Origin: Octopus vulgaris
Lineage: Eukaryota
Direction of reading: 5' to 3'
DNA: 64,000 nt
Assembly: GCA_951406725.2 (NCBI GenBank)
Contig: OX597818.1
Span: 77,500,001-77,564,000 of the forward strand
Shown here: positions 63,757-64,000 of the stretch, piece after piece
How positions within the stretch are numbered: the stretch's first letter is position 1
Layout of the letters: each line of letters starts with the position of its first letter
The notes under the pieces: model-generated
The model's database searches: none
The model's input: only the letters and a program-made list of their open reading frames with translations
What the model was told of the DNA's origin: nothing
Position numbers and translations under genes: made by a program

Positions 63757-64000
63757 AAAATTGTGTGTCAGGGACAGTGCTTCCTTGAAATAAATGCTAT
63801 TACCATTTTTATATTGTTAAACATTAGTTAGTTGTCCCAAAACTCATTGAGGTATGCTGTGAACTATGGTTATCTTGTAGGAGCAACTTGCAGTGGATTT
63901 ATAAGATATTATTCATCATCATTGTTGTTGTTACTTAACATCTATCTCTTTTCCATGGGTTAGACAGTTCAATAGGAGCCTATGAGCCAGAGGACTGCAC

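Overview
Eukaryotic, AT-rich, microsatellite-dense DNA. The SINE and LINE families look like those of Octopus or another coleoid cephalopod; this is recalled, not searched. The window is essentially all intron. The only host coding sequence I can support is a 58-nt exon at 8817-8874 (+) encoding the C-terminal part of a PDZ domain (VNGTSALSLNHIEVVNLIK), most like PDZ-RhoGEF/LARG (ARHGEF11/12). Neither neighbouring exon was found. The rest is a repeat mosaic: at least three tRNA-derived SINE families, RTE-clade LINE fragments (one young copy with a 63-bp VNTR in its 3'UTR), four Tc1/mariner relics, piggyBac-like and palindromic MITEs, a Helentron-type element, minisatellites and long microsatellites. 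Highlights: (1) four minimal hammerhead-ribozyme-like motifs, all sense to the host pre-mRNA, one with an intact catalytic core (29098-29141); (2) a ~4-kb CpG-retaining, SINE-free island (about 50.5-54.5 kb) in a CpG-depleted gene body, which suggests an internal promoter; (3) a 144-bp hairpin with recurring CTCG/CTCG bubbles ending an unclassified element; (4) several closely spaced inverted repeat pairs that could be ADAR substrates. Nearly all ORFs in the supplied track are microsatellite or repeat artefacts. Repeat boundaries are approximate, and only representative SINE copies are listed.
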